NCBI GenBank assembly: GCA_009861545.1 | Contig: VXME01000076.1 | Span: forward strand, 75,325-139,324 | Direction: 5' to 3' | DNA length: 64,000 bases | DNA from: Acidobacteriota bacterium | Lineage (GTDB): Bacteria; Acidobacteriota; Vicinamibacteria; Vicinamibacterales; UBA8438 | Part shown: positions 34,957 through 44,775 of the stretch, one piece after another | Numbering within the stretch: position 1 is the first letter of the stretch | How the letters are laid out: each line of letters opens with the position of its first letter | Translations under genes and position numbers: made by a program | Notes under the pieces: generated by a model | The model's input: the letters and a program-made list of their open reading frames with translations, nothing else | The model's database searches: none | Told to the model about the DNA's origin: nothing

Positions 34957-35133
34957 CCGGAACCTCCTTGACGATCGGGCTGGACTGCCGGATCGGCAAC
35001 GGTTCCAGCAGGACACGCGACACAGTCGGCCGATTATACCCGCGTGGTCTTCTATCGCCGCACCGTTCGCCGCTTGCTCCTCTGGGCACCATCGCATATA
35101 ACCCCCACCGGAAGACGGCGCGGTGACGCACGC

Positions 35134-35994
35134 ATGCCGGTAGTCGACGTCGACGGGCTCACCTTCACCTACGCGTCCGGAACGGCCCCCGCGGTGCGGG
35201 ATCTTTGCTTCCGCATCGACCGCGGCGAGATTTTCGGGTTTCTCGGACCCAACGGCGCGGGGAAGTCGACCACCCAGAAGCTGTTGATCGGGCTGCTGCG
35301 GGGTTATCGGGGCACAGTCTCGGTAATGGGCCGCGACCTCGCGGACTTGGGAGCCGACTACTACGAGCGCATCGGCGTCTCGTTCGAGCTGCCCAATCAC
35401 TATCTCCGGTTGACCGGCCTGGAGAACCTCCGCTACTTCCGGGCGCTGTACCGGGGCGAGACCCGAGAGCCGGAGGCGCTGCTCGAGTTGGTGGGTCTGG
35501 CGGAGGACGGCGCGCGCCTCGTCGCCGAGTACTCCAAGGGTATGAGTACGCGGCTCGGTCTGGCGCGCGCCCTGCTCAACGATCCGCAACTGATCTTCCT
35601 GGACGAGCCGACGGTGGGGCTCGACCCCGTCAGCGGGCGGCACATCCGGAACCTCATCCGGGACCTGAAGGCGGCCGGCCGCACCGTGTTCCTGACCACG
35701 CACGACATGACGGTGGCCGACGAGCTGTGCGACCGCGTGGCCTTCATCGTCAACGGCGAGATACGGCTCGTCGACTCGCCGCACGGCCTGAAGCTGGCCC
35801 ACGGCGCGCGGACGGTGGTGATGGAGTACGACCTCGACGGCCGCCCCGGGCGGCGCGAGTTTCCGCTCGACGGACTCGGCGACGACGCCGATTTCCTGGT
35901 CCTGCTGCGTGAGGCCACCGTCCACACCGTGCACACCCAGGAAGCCACCCTCGAGGACGTCTTCCTGCGGATCACCGGCCACAGCCTGCAGTGA
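35134..35994 (+). CDS. ABC transporter ATP-binding protein
   Basis: Walker A GPNGAGKST, signature YSKGMSTRLGLA and Walker B LIFLDEPTVGLD. Confidence 0.9.
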   Translation: MPVVDVDGLTFTYASGTAPAVRDLCFRIDRGEIFGFLGPNGAGKSTTQKLLIGLLRGYRGTVSVMGRDLADLGADYYERIGVSFELPNHYLRLTGLENLRYFRALYRGETREPEALLELVGLAEDGARLVAEYSKGMSTRLGLARALLNDPQLIFLDEPTVGLDPVSGRHIRNLIRDLKAAGRTVFLTTHDMTVADELCDRVAFIVNGEIRLVDSPHGLKLAHGARTVVMEYDLDGRPGRREFPLDGLGDDADFLVLLREATVHTVHTQEATLEDVFLRITGHSLQ

Positions 35995-35998
35995 ACCG

Positions 35999-36727
35999 AT
36001 GCACAGGCTGGCCGCCACCGTGCGCCTGGACCTCCGCCTGCAGATGCGGAACGGCTTCTACTACGCGGTGGCCTTCGTGCTGGTCTGCTGGTTCATCGTG
36101 CTCACCCTTCTCCCACCGATCGACTGGGGCTACCTGTTGCCGGCCGTCGTGTTCGGCAACCTCGTGATGGTCAACTTCTACTTCGTCGCGGGCCTCGTGC
36201 TGCTGGAGAAAGGCGAGGGGACGCTGGAGGCCCAGGTGGTGACGCCGCTGGCCGACTGGGAGTACCTGGCCTCGAAGACACTGACGCTGGCCGCCCTCTC
36301 GGTGGTCGAGCAGGTGGCCATCGTCTGGTCGGCGTACGGCGGCGGCTTCGCGGCCGGCCCGCTGATCGCCGGCACCGTGCTGGCGGGCGTCCTGTACACG
36401 TTGACCGGCTTCCTTCTCGTCGCCCGCTACCGGTCGATCAACGAGTTCCTGTTTCCCTCGGTCCTCTTCACGACCGTTCTCTCGCTCCCGATGCTGCACT
36501 ACTTCGGCCTCTGGGACACCGGGCTGCTCTATCTCCATCCCTTCACGGCGCCGCTCGTGTTGCTGGGCGGGGCGTTCCGGCCGCTTGGGCCATGGCAGTG
36601 GATCTACGGCGTGCTGTACTCCGCCGCCTGGGCCGGGCTGCTGCTGCTCGCCGGCCGGCGGGCGTTCGACCGGTTCATCGTCGCGCGGGAGAGACGCGGC
36701 AGCGCCGCCGGTGAGGGAGGCTGCTGA
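35999..36727 (+). CDS. ABC-2 type transporter permease
   Basis: Six predicted hydrophobic helices, directly after the ATPase gene. Confidence 0.8.
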   Translation: MHRLAATVRLDLRLQMRNGFYYAVAFVLVCWFIVLTLLPPIDWGYLLPAVVFGNLVMVNFYFVAGLVLLEKGEGTLEAQVVTPLADWEYLASKTLTLAALSVVEQVAIVWSAYGGGFAAGPLIAGTVLAGVLYTLTGFLLVARYRSINEFLFPSVLFTTVLSLPMLHYFGLWDTGLLYLHPFTAPLVLLGGAFRPLGPWQWIYGVLYSAAWAGLLLLAGRRAFDRFIVARERRGSAAGEGGC

Positions 36728-37467
36728 TGCCGACCGCCGCCGCCGTCATCCGCGCGCTCGGCCCCATCGACCTCAAGAGCGTCGCCCGCGACAGCATGCT
36801 GCGGTGGCTTATCGGCACGCCGATCGTCCTCGCTTTCGTGTTCCGGTGGGGCATCCCGGCCCTCGACGGCTGGCTCGGCGAGCGCTACGCCTTCGACCTC
36901 ACCCCGTACTACCCGCTGCTGACCAGCTTCCTCGCGCTGATGACGCCGACGCTGTTGGGTTCGGTCGTCGGCTTCCTGTTGCTCGATCAGCGCGACGACC
37001 GCACGCTCACGGCTCTGCAGGTCACGCCCCTCACCGTGCAGGGGTACCTCGCCTACCGCATCGCCGTCCCGATGGCCGTGAGCGTGCCGGTCATGATGGC
37101 GGGCATCGCCATCGCGGACCTGGTCGAGATGGGTATCGTCGCGGCCTTCGCGGCCGCCGTCCAGGCGGCCCCCGCCGCGCCGCTCTACGCGCTGTTCGTC
37201 GCCGCGTTCGCGGCGAACAAGGTCCAGGGGTTCGCCCTGCTGAAAGGCGCCGGGGTGCTCACCTGGCCGCCGGTTTTGGCCTGGTTCGTCGCGTCGCCGT
37301 GGCAGGTCGCGATCGGGCTCGACCCGCTCTACTGGCCGCTCAAAGTCTTCTGGATGCTCGAGGCCGGCGAACCCCGCGTGGTCCTCTACTTCCTGGCCGG
37401 CCTGGGCTACCAGGGGGGGCTGATTGCGCTCCTGCTGCGGCGCTTCAAGACCGTGATCGCTCGATAG
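36727..37467 (+). CDS. ABC-2 type transporter permease (second subunit)
   Basis: The ATG overlaps the previous stop by 1 nt. Polytopic hydrophobic protein. Confidence 0.8.
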   Translation: MPTAAAVIRALGPIDLKSVARDSMLRWLIGTPIVLAFVFRWGIPALDGWLGERYAFDLTPYYPLLTSFLALMTPTLLGSVVGFLLLDQRDDRTLTALQVTPLTVQGYLAYRIAVPMAVSVPVMMAGIAIADLVEMGIVAAFAAAVQAAPAAPLYALFVAAFAANKVQGFALLKGAGVLTWPPVLAWFVASPWQVAIGLDPLYWPLKVFWMLEAGEPRVVLYFLAGLGYQGGLIALLLRRFKTVIAR

Positions 37468-37572
37468 CGGCGAGAGTCGCGTTCAGAGACGTCGGGCGGC
37501 GTGGCGCAACGATAGGAGATGGCTCCTGCCCGGTGACATAATCGGCCAGAACTCGAACCCGGAGGAGGCGTC

Positions 37573-39342
37573 ATGCCCGCATCCGACTCGCCGTCGTTCC
37601 GGACCTGGCTGGCGGCGTTCGCGTTCGCCGCCGTCACCGTCGCCGCTTCGTTGCCGGCGCAGGCGCAGGTCGCGCGCATCGATCCGGTCACCGACGCGGA
37701 GCTGCAGGATCCCAGCCCCGACGAGTGGCTCATGTGGCGCCGCACGCTGAACGGCTGGGGCTACAGTCCGCTCGACCAGATCGATCGCGACAACGTCGCC
37801 GACCTCCGCATGGTCTGGTCCCGCGGGTTGGGTCCGGGTCGCCAGCAGGGCACCCCGCTGGTCCGCAACGGCGTGATGTACATGCCGAATCCGCGCGATC
37901 TCATCCAGGCGATCGACGCGGTGACCGGGGATCTGCTGTGGCAGTACCAGCGCGATCGCCCGGACGATCTCGCCGACTACATGATCCCGGGCCTGATCGG
38001 CCACAACCGCAACATCGCCATCTACGACACGCTCCTCTTCGACAGCACCAGCGACGACTACGTGATTGCCCTCGACGCGACCACCGGGGAGGTGGTCTGG
38101 GAGACCGAGGTCCTCGACTACCGGGTGAACCCGGCGAATCAGACCTCCGGTCCCATCGTCGCCGACGGCAAGGTGATCTCGGGGCGGAGCTGCCATCCGC
38201 GCGGCGGGCCGCACGCCTGCGTCATCGTCGCCCACGACGCGCTGACCGGCGAGGAGCTCTGGAGGCGCCGCCTGATTCCGGGACCGGGCGAGTTCGGTGA
38301 CGAGACCTGGGGCGACGTCCCCTTCGAGGAGCGGGGGCACGTCGGCTCCTGGATGGTGCCGAGCTTCGATCCCGAGCTGAACCTCGTCTACCTGGGCACG
38401 TCGGTCACCTCGCCGGCGCCGAAGTTCATGCTCGGCGGGGTCGACAGGACCCACCTCTACCACAACTCGACCCTGGCGCTGAACGCCGACACGGGAGAAA
38501 TTGTCTGGTACTACCAGCACCTGAACGACAGTTGGGACCTCGATCATCCGTTCGAGCGTCTGCTCGTCGACACCCCGGTCCGACCCGACCCGGCCGCGGT
38601 GAGCTGGATCAACCCGCGGCTGCAGCCGGGCGAGGAGCGCCGCGTCCTGACCGGCATTCCGGGCAAGACGGGCGTCGTCTACACCCTCGACCGGGAGACC
38701 GGCGAGTTCCTGTGGGCCACCCCGACCATCACCCAGAACGTCATCAGCGGCATCGACGGGGCGACCGGGGCGGTGTCGGAGAACGCGGAGCTGGTCTTCA
38801 CCGCGCAGGGGCAGGTGGTGCTGGCCTGTCCGCACGCGAGCGGCGGGAAGGACTGGGAGGCCGGTGCCTACAGCCCGCTGACGAACACGATGTACATGCC
38901 GCTGCGGAACGTCTGCGCGCGGATGCGCGCCAGTACCTTCGAGGACGAGGAGGCGAGCCGGCTGTACGCCATCGCGTGGCGCAGCCAGATCGCGCCGGGT
39001 ACCGATCAGGTCGGCGCGGTGCACGCGATCTCCGCCGAGACGGGGGCGACCGCCTGGGTATACGAGCAGCGGGCCGCCACCATGTCGCTGGCGGCGACCG
39101 GCGGCGGGCTGGTGTTCGGGGGCGACGTCAACGGGCGGTTCCGCGCCTTCGACGACCGGACCGGAGAGGTCCTCTGGGAGATCAACCTCGGCTCGTCGGT
39201 CTCCGGGTTCCCCATCACCTACGCCGTCGACGGCCGGCAGTACGTCGCCGTCAGCACGGGGACGCCGCGCTTCATCGACCTGACCCCCGAGCTGCGTCCG
39301 AGCCTCGGCAACAACCTGTTCGTGTTCGCTCTGCCGGAGTGA
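37573..39342 (+). CDS. PQQ-dependent dehydrogenase, methanol/ethanol family (paralogue 1; no vicinal Cys pair)
   Basis: GGAGGAGG RBS and a signal peptide. Has the propeller W-motifs and EWLMWRRTLNGWGYSPLDQI. The active-site region is NDSWDLDHPFE (Asp322-x-Asp324). Confidence 0.9.
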   Translation: MPASDSPSFRTWLAAFAFAAVTVAASLPAQAQVARIDPVTDAELQDPSPDEWLMWRRTLNGWGYSPLDQIDRDNVADLRMVWSRGLGPGRQQGTPLVRNGVMYMPNPRDLIQAIDAVTGDLLWQYQRDRPDDLADYMIPGLIGHNRNIAIYDTLLFDSTSDDYVIALDATTGEVVWETEVLDYRVNPANQTSGPIVADGKVISGRSCHPRGGPHACVIVAHDALTGEELWRRRLIPGPGEFGDETWGDVPFEERGHVGSWMVPSFDPELNLVYLGTSVTSPAPKFMLGGVDRTHLYHNSTLALNADTGEIVWYYQHLNDSWDLDHPFERLLVDTPVRPDPAAVSWINPRLQPGEERRVLTGIPGKTGVVYTLDRETGEFLWATPTITQNVISGIDGATGAVSENAELVFTAQGQVVLACPHASGGKDWEAGAYSPLTNTMYMPLRNVCARMRASTFEDEEASRLYAIAWRSQIAPGTDQVGAVHAISAETGATAWVYEQRAATMSLAATGGGLVFGGDVNGRFRAFDDRTGEVLWEINLGSSVSGFPITYAVDGRQYVAVSTGTPRFIDLTPELRPSLGNNLFVFALPE

Positions 39343-39446
39343 CCGCGGCGGGCGACCGCCGGTCGTCGAGTCGATGTCGACCGGCGTCCCTCGGCCGCCC
39401 GATCGCGGCCCGAAACTGGTATCCACCCGCGTACCGGAGGTTCACC

Positions 39447-40751
39447 ATGACGCACGCAAGCTCGCTGGGACGGTCTCGCACGCTCTTCGTCATCCTCACG
39501 CTGTGCCTGTTCATCGCCATCAGCAACGCGCAGCAGGGACGCCGGGGGATCGGCCCCGACACCCTGCCCGACGAGCCGCGGATCCTGGGCTTCGGCGACC
39601 AGCAGTTCCGTGTCGTCCCCATCAAGGGCTTCTTCCGTCCGTCGGCCGTGGACTTCCTGCCGAATGGCGACATTCTGGTCGCCGAGCGCTCGGGCGGCCT
39701 GCGCATCATCCGCGACGGGGTGCTCGATCCGGAACCCATCCGCGGCATGCCCGAGGTGCTCAACAGCTACGGTGGCCGGCTGGGCCTGTGGGACGTGGCG
39801 GTGCATCCGCGGTTCGCCGAAAACCGGCTGGTCTATTTCACGTACCTGAAGCCCGACCGGAGTGACGACGTGCCGCAGGATGCGGCCGTGTCCCAGGCGC
39901 CCGCGGGAACGTCGGTGCTGGCGCGCGCCCGCTTCGACGGCGCCAACACCCTGACCGACGTCGAGGACATCTTCGTCTCGGACGCCCGGGTCAGCGGCTT
40001 CAGCGTGGCCAGACTGATCTTCGCCCCCGACGGCAGGATCTTCATGTCGATCGGCATGCCGCTGCGCGACCGGGAGCACGGTGGCAGCAATCGCATCGGC
40101 ACGGCAGAGCAGTCCCAGGAACCCGGCAGTCACGCCGGCAAGATTCTGCGCCTCAACGACGACGGGACCGCGCCCGAAGACAATCCCTTCATCGGGGACC
40201 CGGCCTATCGACCGGAGATCTACGCCCTGGGCTTCCGCGATCCGCTGGGCCTGATCATCCATCCCGAGACCGGCGAGCTCTGGGAAGTGGAGCACGGTCC
40301 GCAGGGCGGCGACGAGCTCAACATCGTCAGGCCGGGCCGGAACTACGGCTGGCCGGTCGTTTCGTACGGCCGCGCGTACACGGGAGAGGCCACGGCGGGC
40401 ACGGGCGGGACGGGCCCGGAGCTGCCCGAGCCCTGCGCGCCGGGCATGGAGCAGCCGCTGCTCTATTGGTACCCCGTCATCTCTCCCGGCGGCATGGCCC
40501 TCTATACGGGCGACAGGTTCCCGGCGTGGAGGGGCAGCCTGTTCGTCGGCGGCATGGCCACCACGCAGCTCCAGCGCATCGTCTTCAACCAGCGGGGCCT
40601 GCCGGTGCGTCACATCCCGCTGCTGACCGAGCTCAACCAGCGCATCCGCGATGTCAAGCAGGGGCCGGACGGCCTGCTGTACGTGACGACGGATCACGAG
40701 GCAGGGGCAGTGCTGAGAATCGAGCCGGTCGAAGGCGAAGGGGCAAACTGA
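39447..40751 (+). CDS. PQQ-dependent sugar (glucose/sorbosone) dehydrogenase
   Basis: Start ATG 39447 within ORF 38532..40751. Motifs GDILVAERSGGLRII, GKILRLNDDGTAPEDNPF and HGPQGGDELNIVRPGRNYGWP. Confidence 0.85.
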   Translation: MTHASSLGRSRTLFVILTLCLFIAISNAQQGRRGIGPDTLPDEPRILGFGDQQFRVVPIKGFFRPSAVDFLPNGDILVAERSGGLRIIRDGVLDPEPIRGMPEVLNSYGGRLGLWDVAVHPRFAENRLVYFTYLKPDRSDDVPQDAAVSQAPAGTSVLARARFDGANTLTDVEDIFVSDARVSGFSVARLIFAPDGRIFMSIGMPLRDREHGGSNRIGTAEQSQEPGSHAGKILRLNDDGTAPEDNPFIGDPAYRPEIYALGFRDPLGLIIHPETGELWEVEHGPQGGDELNIVRPGRNYGWPVVSYGRAYTGEATAGTGGTGPELPEPCAPGMEQPLLYWYPVISPGGMALYTGDRFPAWRGSLFVGGMATTQLQRIVFNQRGLPVRHIPLLTELNQRIRDVKQGPDGLLYVTTDHEAGAVLRIEPVEGEGAN

Positions 40752-40752
40752 G

Positions 40753-40778
40753 GGCGGAGCTATCCGATGATCTCCGCC
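40753..40778. terminator. possible bidirectional hairpin between convergent genes
   Basis: GGCGGAG-N12-CTCCGCC, a perfect 7-bp stem. There is no U-tract, so it is weak. Confidence 0.3.
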
Positions 40779-40804
40779 AGGCCCTCGCTTCGAATTCGTG
40801 TTTC

Positions 40805-41794
40805 CTACGGCTCCAGGCTAGCCGTATAGGCCACGATGTTCACGATGTCCTCGAGTGTGAGGTTTTCCACCGCGGCGTCCATCAGGTCCGACCACGCCCC
40901 GTCGCGCACGCCGGTCTGCAGGTCGTAGAGCTGCCGGGCCATGTAGCTCGGCGAGCGGCCGGCCAGCGCCGGCACGGGGCCGAGTCCGCGCAGGTCGGCG
41001 CCGTGACAGGTGGTGCAGGCCACCGAGTTGTCGCCGCCCGTGAGCACGATGTTGCGTCCCCGCCCTACTGCGCCCGACGGCACGTAGGCGATGAAGCCGG
41101 AAGCGTCGTCGCGCAGCTTGGTCCGGGTCAGGTCCTCCGGCGTCTCGACCACGCGCGTGCCGATCGGCTCGGCGCCGCCGCCCTCGACCACCTCGTGGAT
41201 CCACCCCGCGAAGCGCGTCTTCGGCACCGCGTCGGTCTCCACGACGCGGACCCACGGCTTGAAGTCGATCGACGAGAAGTACTCGGCTGCGATCCGCGCC
41301 TCCGCGTCGGTGGTGGCCAGTCCGATCCGCTCCATGAAGGAGGGCGGGCCCATGCGCGGCTCACCCGGCCGGCGCAGACCGTTCCGCCAGTCCGTCATCT
41401 GCTGCACGATGTACTCGTACGGTTGGCCGGCGACGCCGGCGTTCTCCGGCTTGCCCTGGCCGTTCGGCAGATGGCAGTAGCCGCACGCGACGACGCCCTC
41501 GCCGCCGCCGCTCGCCACGACCTCCGGCATCGGCGGATGGGCGTCGGGGTGCCAGTCGGGCGGGCCGTTGTCGATATTGATCGCCGAGCGCGGCATCGAC
41601 ACGCTGGAGCCGGGCACCGTGACGATCTCGTCGGGATCGGGCGTGTCCGCGTTCTCGACCGGCTCGTTGAGCACGTACGCCCAGGGCAGCACGGCGTTCG
41701 CCCCCTCGGCTTCCTGCTGCGCCTGCAGATCCACGCCGGCTGCGAGTCCGGCCGCCGCCAGCACCATCACCCATGCGCTGCTCGACTGTCGCAT
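40805..41794 (-). CDS. di-haem c-type cytochrome
   Basis: GAGGAGGA RBS, a signal peptide, and haem motifs CGYCH and CTTCH. Confidence 0.85.
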   Translation of the reverse strand: MRQSSSAWVMVLAAAGLAAGVDLQAQQEAEGANAVLPWAYVLNEPVENADTPDPDEIVTVPGSSVSMPRSAINIDNGPPDWHPDAHPPMPEVVASGGGEGVVACGYCHLPNGQGKPENAGVAGQPYEYIVQQMTDWRNGLRRPGEPRMGPPSFMERIGLATTDAEARIAAEYFSSIDFKPWVRVVETDAVPKTRFAGWIHEVVEGGGAEPIGTRVVETPEDLTRTKLRDDASGFIAYVPSGAVGRGRNIVLTGGDNSVACTTCHGADLRGLGPVPALAGRSPSYMARQLYDLQTGVRDGAWSDLMDAAVENLTLEDIVNIVAYTASLEP

Positions 41795-42014
41795 CGCGTC
41801 CTCCTCGGGCCTGCGCGCTGCACCACGCGGCTGATTGTGTCCCCACCGAACAGGCCCATCTTACACGCCCGATCAGCGCTGCCGCCGCGACCCGCGAGGC
41901 GTTGCCGATTGAACCGCCGCGCTCGTCGTATTACGATTGACTGCTGCTGCCGGCGCCTGCAACCACCCTGCGCGCCGGCCCGGGAATTCGGCAACATCGT
42001 TGGAGATCAGACCG

Positions 42015-43484
42015 ATGACGCGACTGGTCGCACTGTCTGCCGGCATCTTGATCGCATTGTCGTTCGCGGCCGCTCCAGCCGTCGCGGCCGAAGGGACCCC
42101 CACCTACAACGAGCGCGTCGGGGACATCCTGCTCGACAACTGCGCGAGCTGCCACCGACCGAACCAGGTGGCGCCGATGTCGCTGCTGTCGTACCGCGAC
42201 GCGCGGCCGTGGGCGCGGGCCATCAAGGCGAAGGTCGTCTCGCGCGAGATGCCGCCGTGGTTCGCCGACCCGCGGTTCGGCACGTTCTCCAACGACATCA
42301 GCCTGAGCGACGAGGAGATCGAGACGATCGTCGCGTGGGTCGACGGCGGCGCGCCGCAGGGCGACGGGCCGGCCCCCGAGCCGCCCGATTTCGCGGCGGC
42401 GGGCTGGAGCCATCCCGACGGGCTGGATCCGGACTACGTCATCGAGTTCCCGATCGCGTGGAAGATCGACGCGGAGGGAGAGACCCCGAACTTCAACCTG
42501 TTCACGCCGCTGCCTTTCGACGACGTCATGCGCGTGTCGGCGACCGAGGTGCGGCCCGGCAACTACGCGGTGACCCACCACATCACCACCGGCCTGGTCG
42601 ACCTGCCGCCGGGGACGAAGCTGGGCCGCGGGCCGGCGTGGCCGGGCGGGCCGCTGGTGGACTACGTACCGGTGGAGGATCCGGACGCCGACCCCGAGGA
42701 GACCGACGCGGACGATGACGCGGCCGTGGAGGAGCAGTCCGACGAGGAGCTCGAGGAGCGCCGCCGGGCGCGCGCCGGCTTCGGCCCGTACATCCCGGGC
42801 GTGGGCGCCAGGGTGGTCCGCGACGGCCAGGTCCGCGAGGTGCGCGGCGACCTGTTCGACTACATCATCTGGAACCTGCACTACCAGGCCACCGGCAAGC
42901 CGGAGCGGGCCCGACCGTCCATCGGCGCCTGGTTCGCCAACGACACGGACGGGAAGTACCAGCGCACCCTCTCGTTGCGCGAGTACACCTCCGAGAACGA
43001 GCAGCTCGTGGCGCCGCCTCCGCTCACCGAGGAGGAGCGGCGGGCCGCCAACCCCGACCGGCAGGCGGGCCAGGGGCTGAACCCGCTGCTGGCGCCCATC
43101 CCGCCGCACGATCCGAACTGGACGGTCACCGGAATCGGGGCGTTCCGGAACGACGCCGTCCTGCACAGCCTGTTCCTGCATATGCACGTGCGCGGCAAGG
43201 ACGTGACCTACGTGCTGACCTACCCGGACGGCCGGGAGGAGATCCTGCTCCGGGTGCCGAACTACGCCTTCGACTGGCAGTTCGAGTACGACCTCGTCGA
43301 GCCGATCCGGGTGCCGGCGGGGAGCACGGTGAAGGCCATCGCCCGCTACGACAACTCGCGGGCCAACCGCCTGAATCCGGCTCCGCACAAGGAGGTCTAC
43401 TGGTCGGAGCAGAGCTGGGACGACATGTTCCTCGCCAACGTCAAGTACACGCTGGAGGACGAGGACACGGCGGGCGACAACTGA
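42015..43484 (+). CDS. secreted haem-binding protein with Cu2-monooxygenase-C-like beta-sandwich domain
   Basis: Start ATG 42015 with a signal peptide. CASCH haem motif followed by SREMPPWFADP. The C-terminal LHMHVRGKDVTY...YAFDWQ pattern resembles the copper type II ascorbate-dependent monooxygenase C domain. Confidence 0.7.
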   Translation: MTRLVALSAGILIALSFAAAPAVAAEGTPTYNERVGDILLDNCASCHRPNQVAPMSLLSYRDARPWARAIKAKVVSREMPPWFADPRFGTFSNDISLSDEEIETIVAWVDGGAPQGDGPAPEPPDFAAAGWSHPDGLDPDYVIEFPIAWKIDAEGETPNFNLFTPLPFDDVMRVSATEVRPGNYAVTHHITTGLVDLPPGTKLGRGPAWPGGPLVDYVPVEDPDADPEETDADDDAAVEEQSDEELEERRRARAGFGPYIPGVGARVVRDGQVREVRGDLFDYIIWNLHYQATGKPERARPSIGAWFANDTDGKYQRTLSLREYTSENEQLVAPPPLTEEERRAANPDRQAGQGLNPLLAPIPPHDPNWTVTGIGAFRNDAVLHSLFLHMHVRGKDVTYVLTYPDGREEILLRVPNYAFDWQFEYDLVEPIRVPAGSTVKAIARYDNSRANRLNPAPHKEVYWSEQSWDDMFLANVKYTLEDEDTAGDN

Positions 43485-43574
43485 CGCGCGGTCGCGCCGC
43501 GTGATCCGGGAAGGGCCGGGCGTGCGTCGCGCCGGCCCTTCTTCTTCCCCGCCTGCAGCCTGGAGCATCGATAC

Positions 43575-44051
43575 ATGTCGTACGGGAAGACAGCGGTCCT
43601 TCTGCTGGCCGCGGCCGTCTGGCTGGCGCCCGCGTCCACCCGGGGCCAGCGGGTGGCCGCGACCGGCGGCGCGCCCGCGGTCGAGATCGTGCACACGGTC
43701 GGTTGTGTGGAGCGCCGCGCGGGGGAGGCCGAGTGGTGGCTGGCGCGCGCCGCCGAGCCGACGGTGACCGAGGCCGGCGTGTTCGACGAAGACGAGGTGA
43801 ACGAGGCGCGCGCGCAGGCTCTCGGTACGCACGTGTTCCACCTGGTGGGCGTGGCCGATTTTCTCGGCGCCGAGGCCCTGCTGCGCTCGTTCGACCGATC
43901 GTCCTTCACGACCCCGGATCAGGTGAACGCCACCGGCGAGCTGCGCGCGGGCCGCACGGTCCTGATCAAGGGGCTGTTGATCGAGTCGGACGATGCCGCG
44001 CGGATCAACCTGTTGTCCGTCGTGGGGTTGGCCGACACTTGTGGCGAGTAG
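43575..44051 (+). CDS. secreted protein of unknown function (Cys-flanked domain shared with 528..1313)
   Basis: Has a signal peptide. VGC...WWL...GTHVFHL...IKGLLI...RINLLSVVGLADTC aligns with the C-terminus of the first cytochrome. Confidence 0.65.
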   Translation: MSYGKTAVLLLAAAVWLAPASTRGQRVAATGGAPAVEIVHTVGCVERRAGEAEWWLARAAEPTVTEAGVFDEDEVNEARAQALGTHVFHLVGVADFLGAEALLRSFDRSSFTTPDQVNATGELRAGRTVLIKGLLIESDDAARINLLSVVGLADTCGE

Positions 44052-44064
44052 GGAGTCGCTTGTG

Positions 44065-44775
44065 ATGATCAGGCTCGTTGCATGCACCGTGCTCCTCGTC
44101 GCGGCGGCGGCGCCGCTGGGGGCGCAGACCACCGCGCAGATCGAGGCGGAGCCGATCGTGAAGCTGCGGGAGGGCGAGACCCTGACCCCCGACCAGTGCC
44201 TGTCCGAGCAGGAGCTGGAGCTGATCGACGCGCTGAACGCGCTGCGGCGGCCGACGGTCGGCGTGGAGCGGGACGGGGAGGGCGACGATCCGGCGCCGTT
44301 CGACCCGCACTACCTGGTCGGCGCCTGGAACATCGAAGGGGTGCTGCCGGAATCGCCGTTGGCTCCGTCCGGCTACTTCGTCGGCACCGAGACGGTCCGC
44401 CACGTCGGCGGGTGCACCTACGCGAGCACCGTCGAGGCGTCGGTGGACGATTTCCCGGTGACCATCGAGGCCCTCATGGTCTACGACCGGCGCGCGAAGT
44501 ACCTGGTGCGCATCGAGGACGACAGCCGCGGCTTCCGCCTCGTGAAGCTCGGCCGGGTCGGCGGCGACCCGGGCGGTTACTTCTCCCACCACTGGGAGGC
44601 GGCGCCGCTCACGCGCGAGGAGTCCGAGATCCGGTTGCGGGGCCGTACCTACATGACCTCGCCGTTCGCCTACCAGGTGCGGACCCGCATCTCGATAGAC
44701 GGCGGTCCGTTCATCAACTTCGGCTCCGTCTGGTGGGAGCGCGCCGAGGCCGAGCAGCAGGAGTCTGCGCCGTAG
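44065..44775 (+). CDS. secreted hypothetical protein (lipocalin/DUF1579-like by pattern)
   Basis: GGGAG RBS, GTG 44062 or ATG 44065, and signal MIRLVACTVLLVAAAAPLGA. Good codon bias. Confidence 0.6.
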   Translation: MIRLVACTVLLVAAAAPLGAQTTAQIEAEPIVKLREGETLTPDQCLSEQELELIDALNALRRPTVGVERDGEGDDPAPFDPHYLVGAWNIEGVLPESPLAPSGYFVGTETVRHVGGCTYASTVEASVDDFPVTIEALMVYDRRAKYLVRIEDDSRGFRLVKLGRVGGDPGGYFSHHWEAAPLTREESEIRLRGRTYMTSPFAYQVRTRISIDGGPFINFGSVWWERAEAEQQESAP

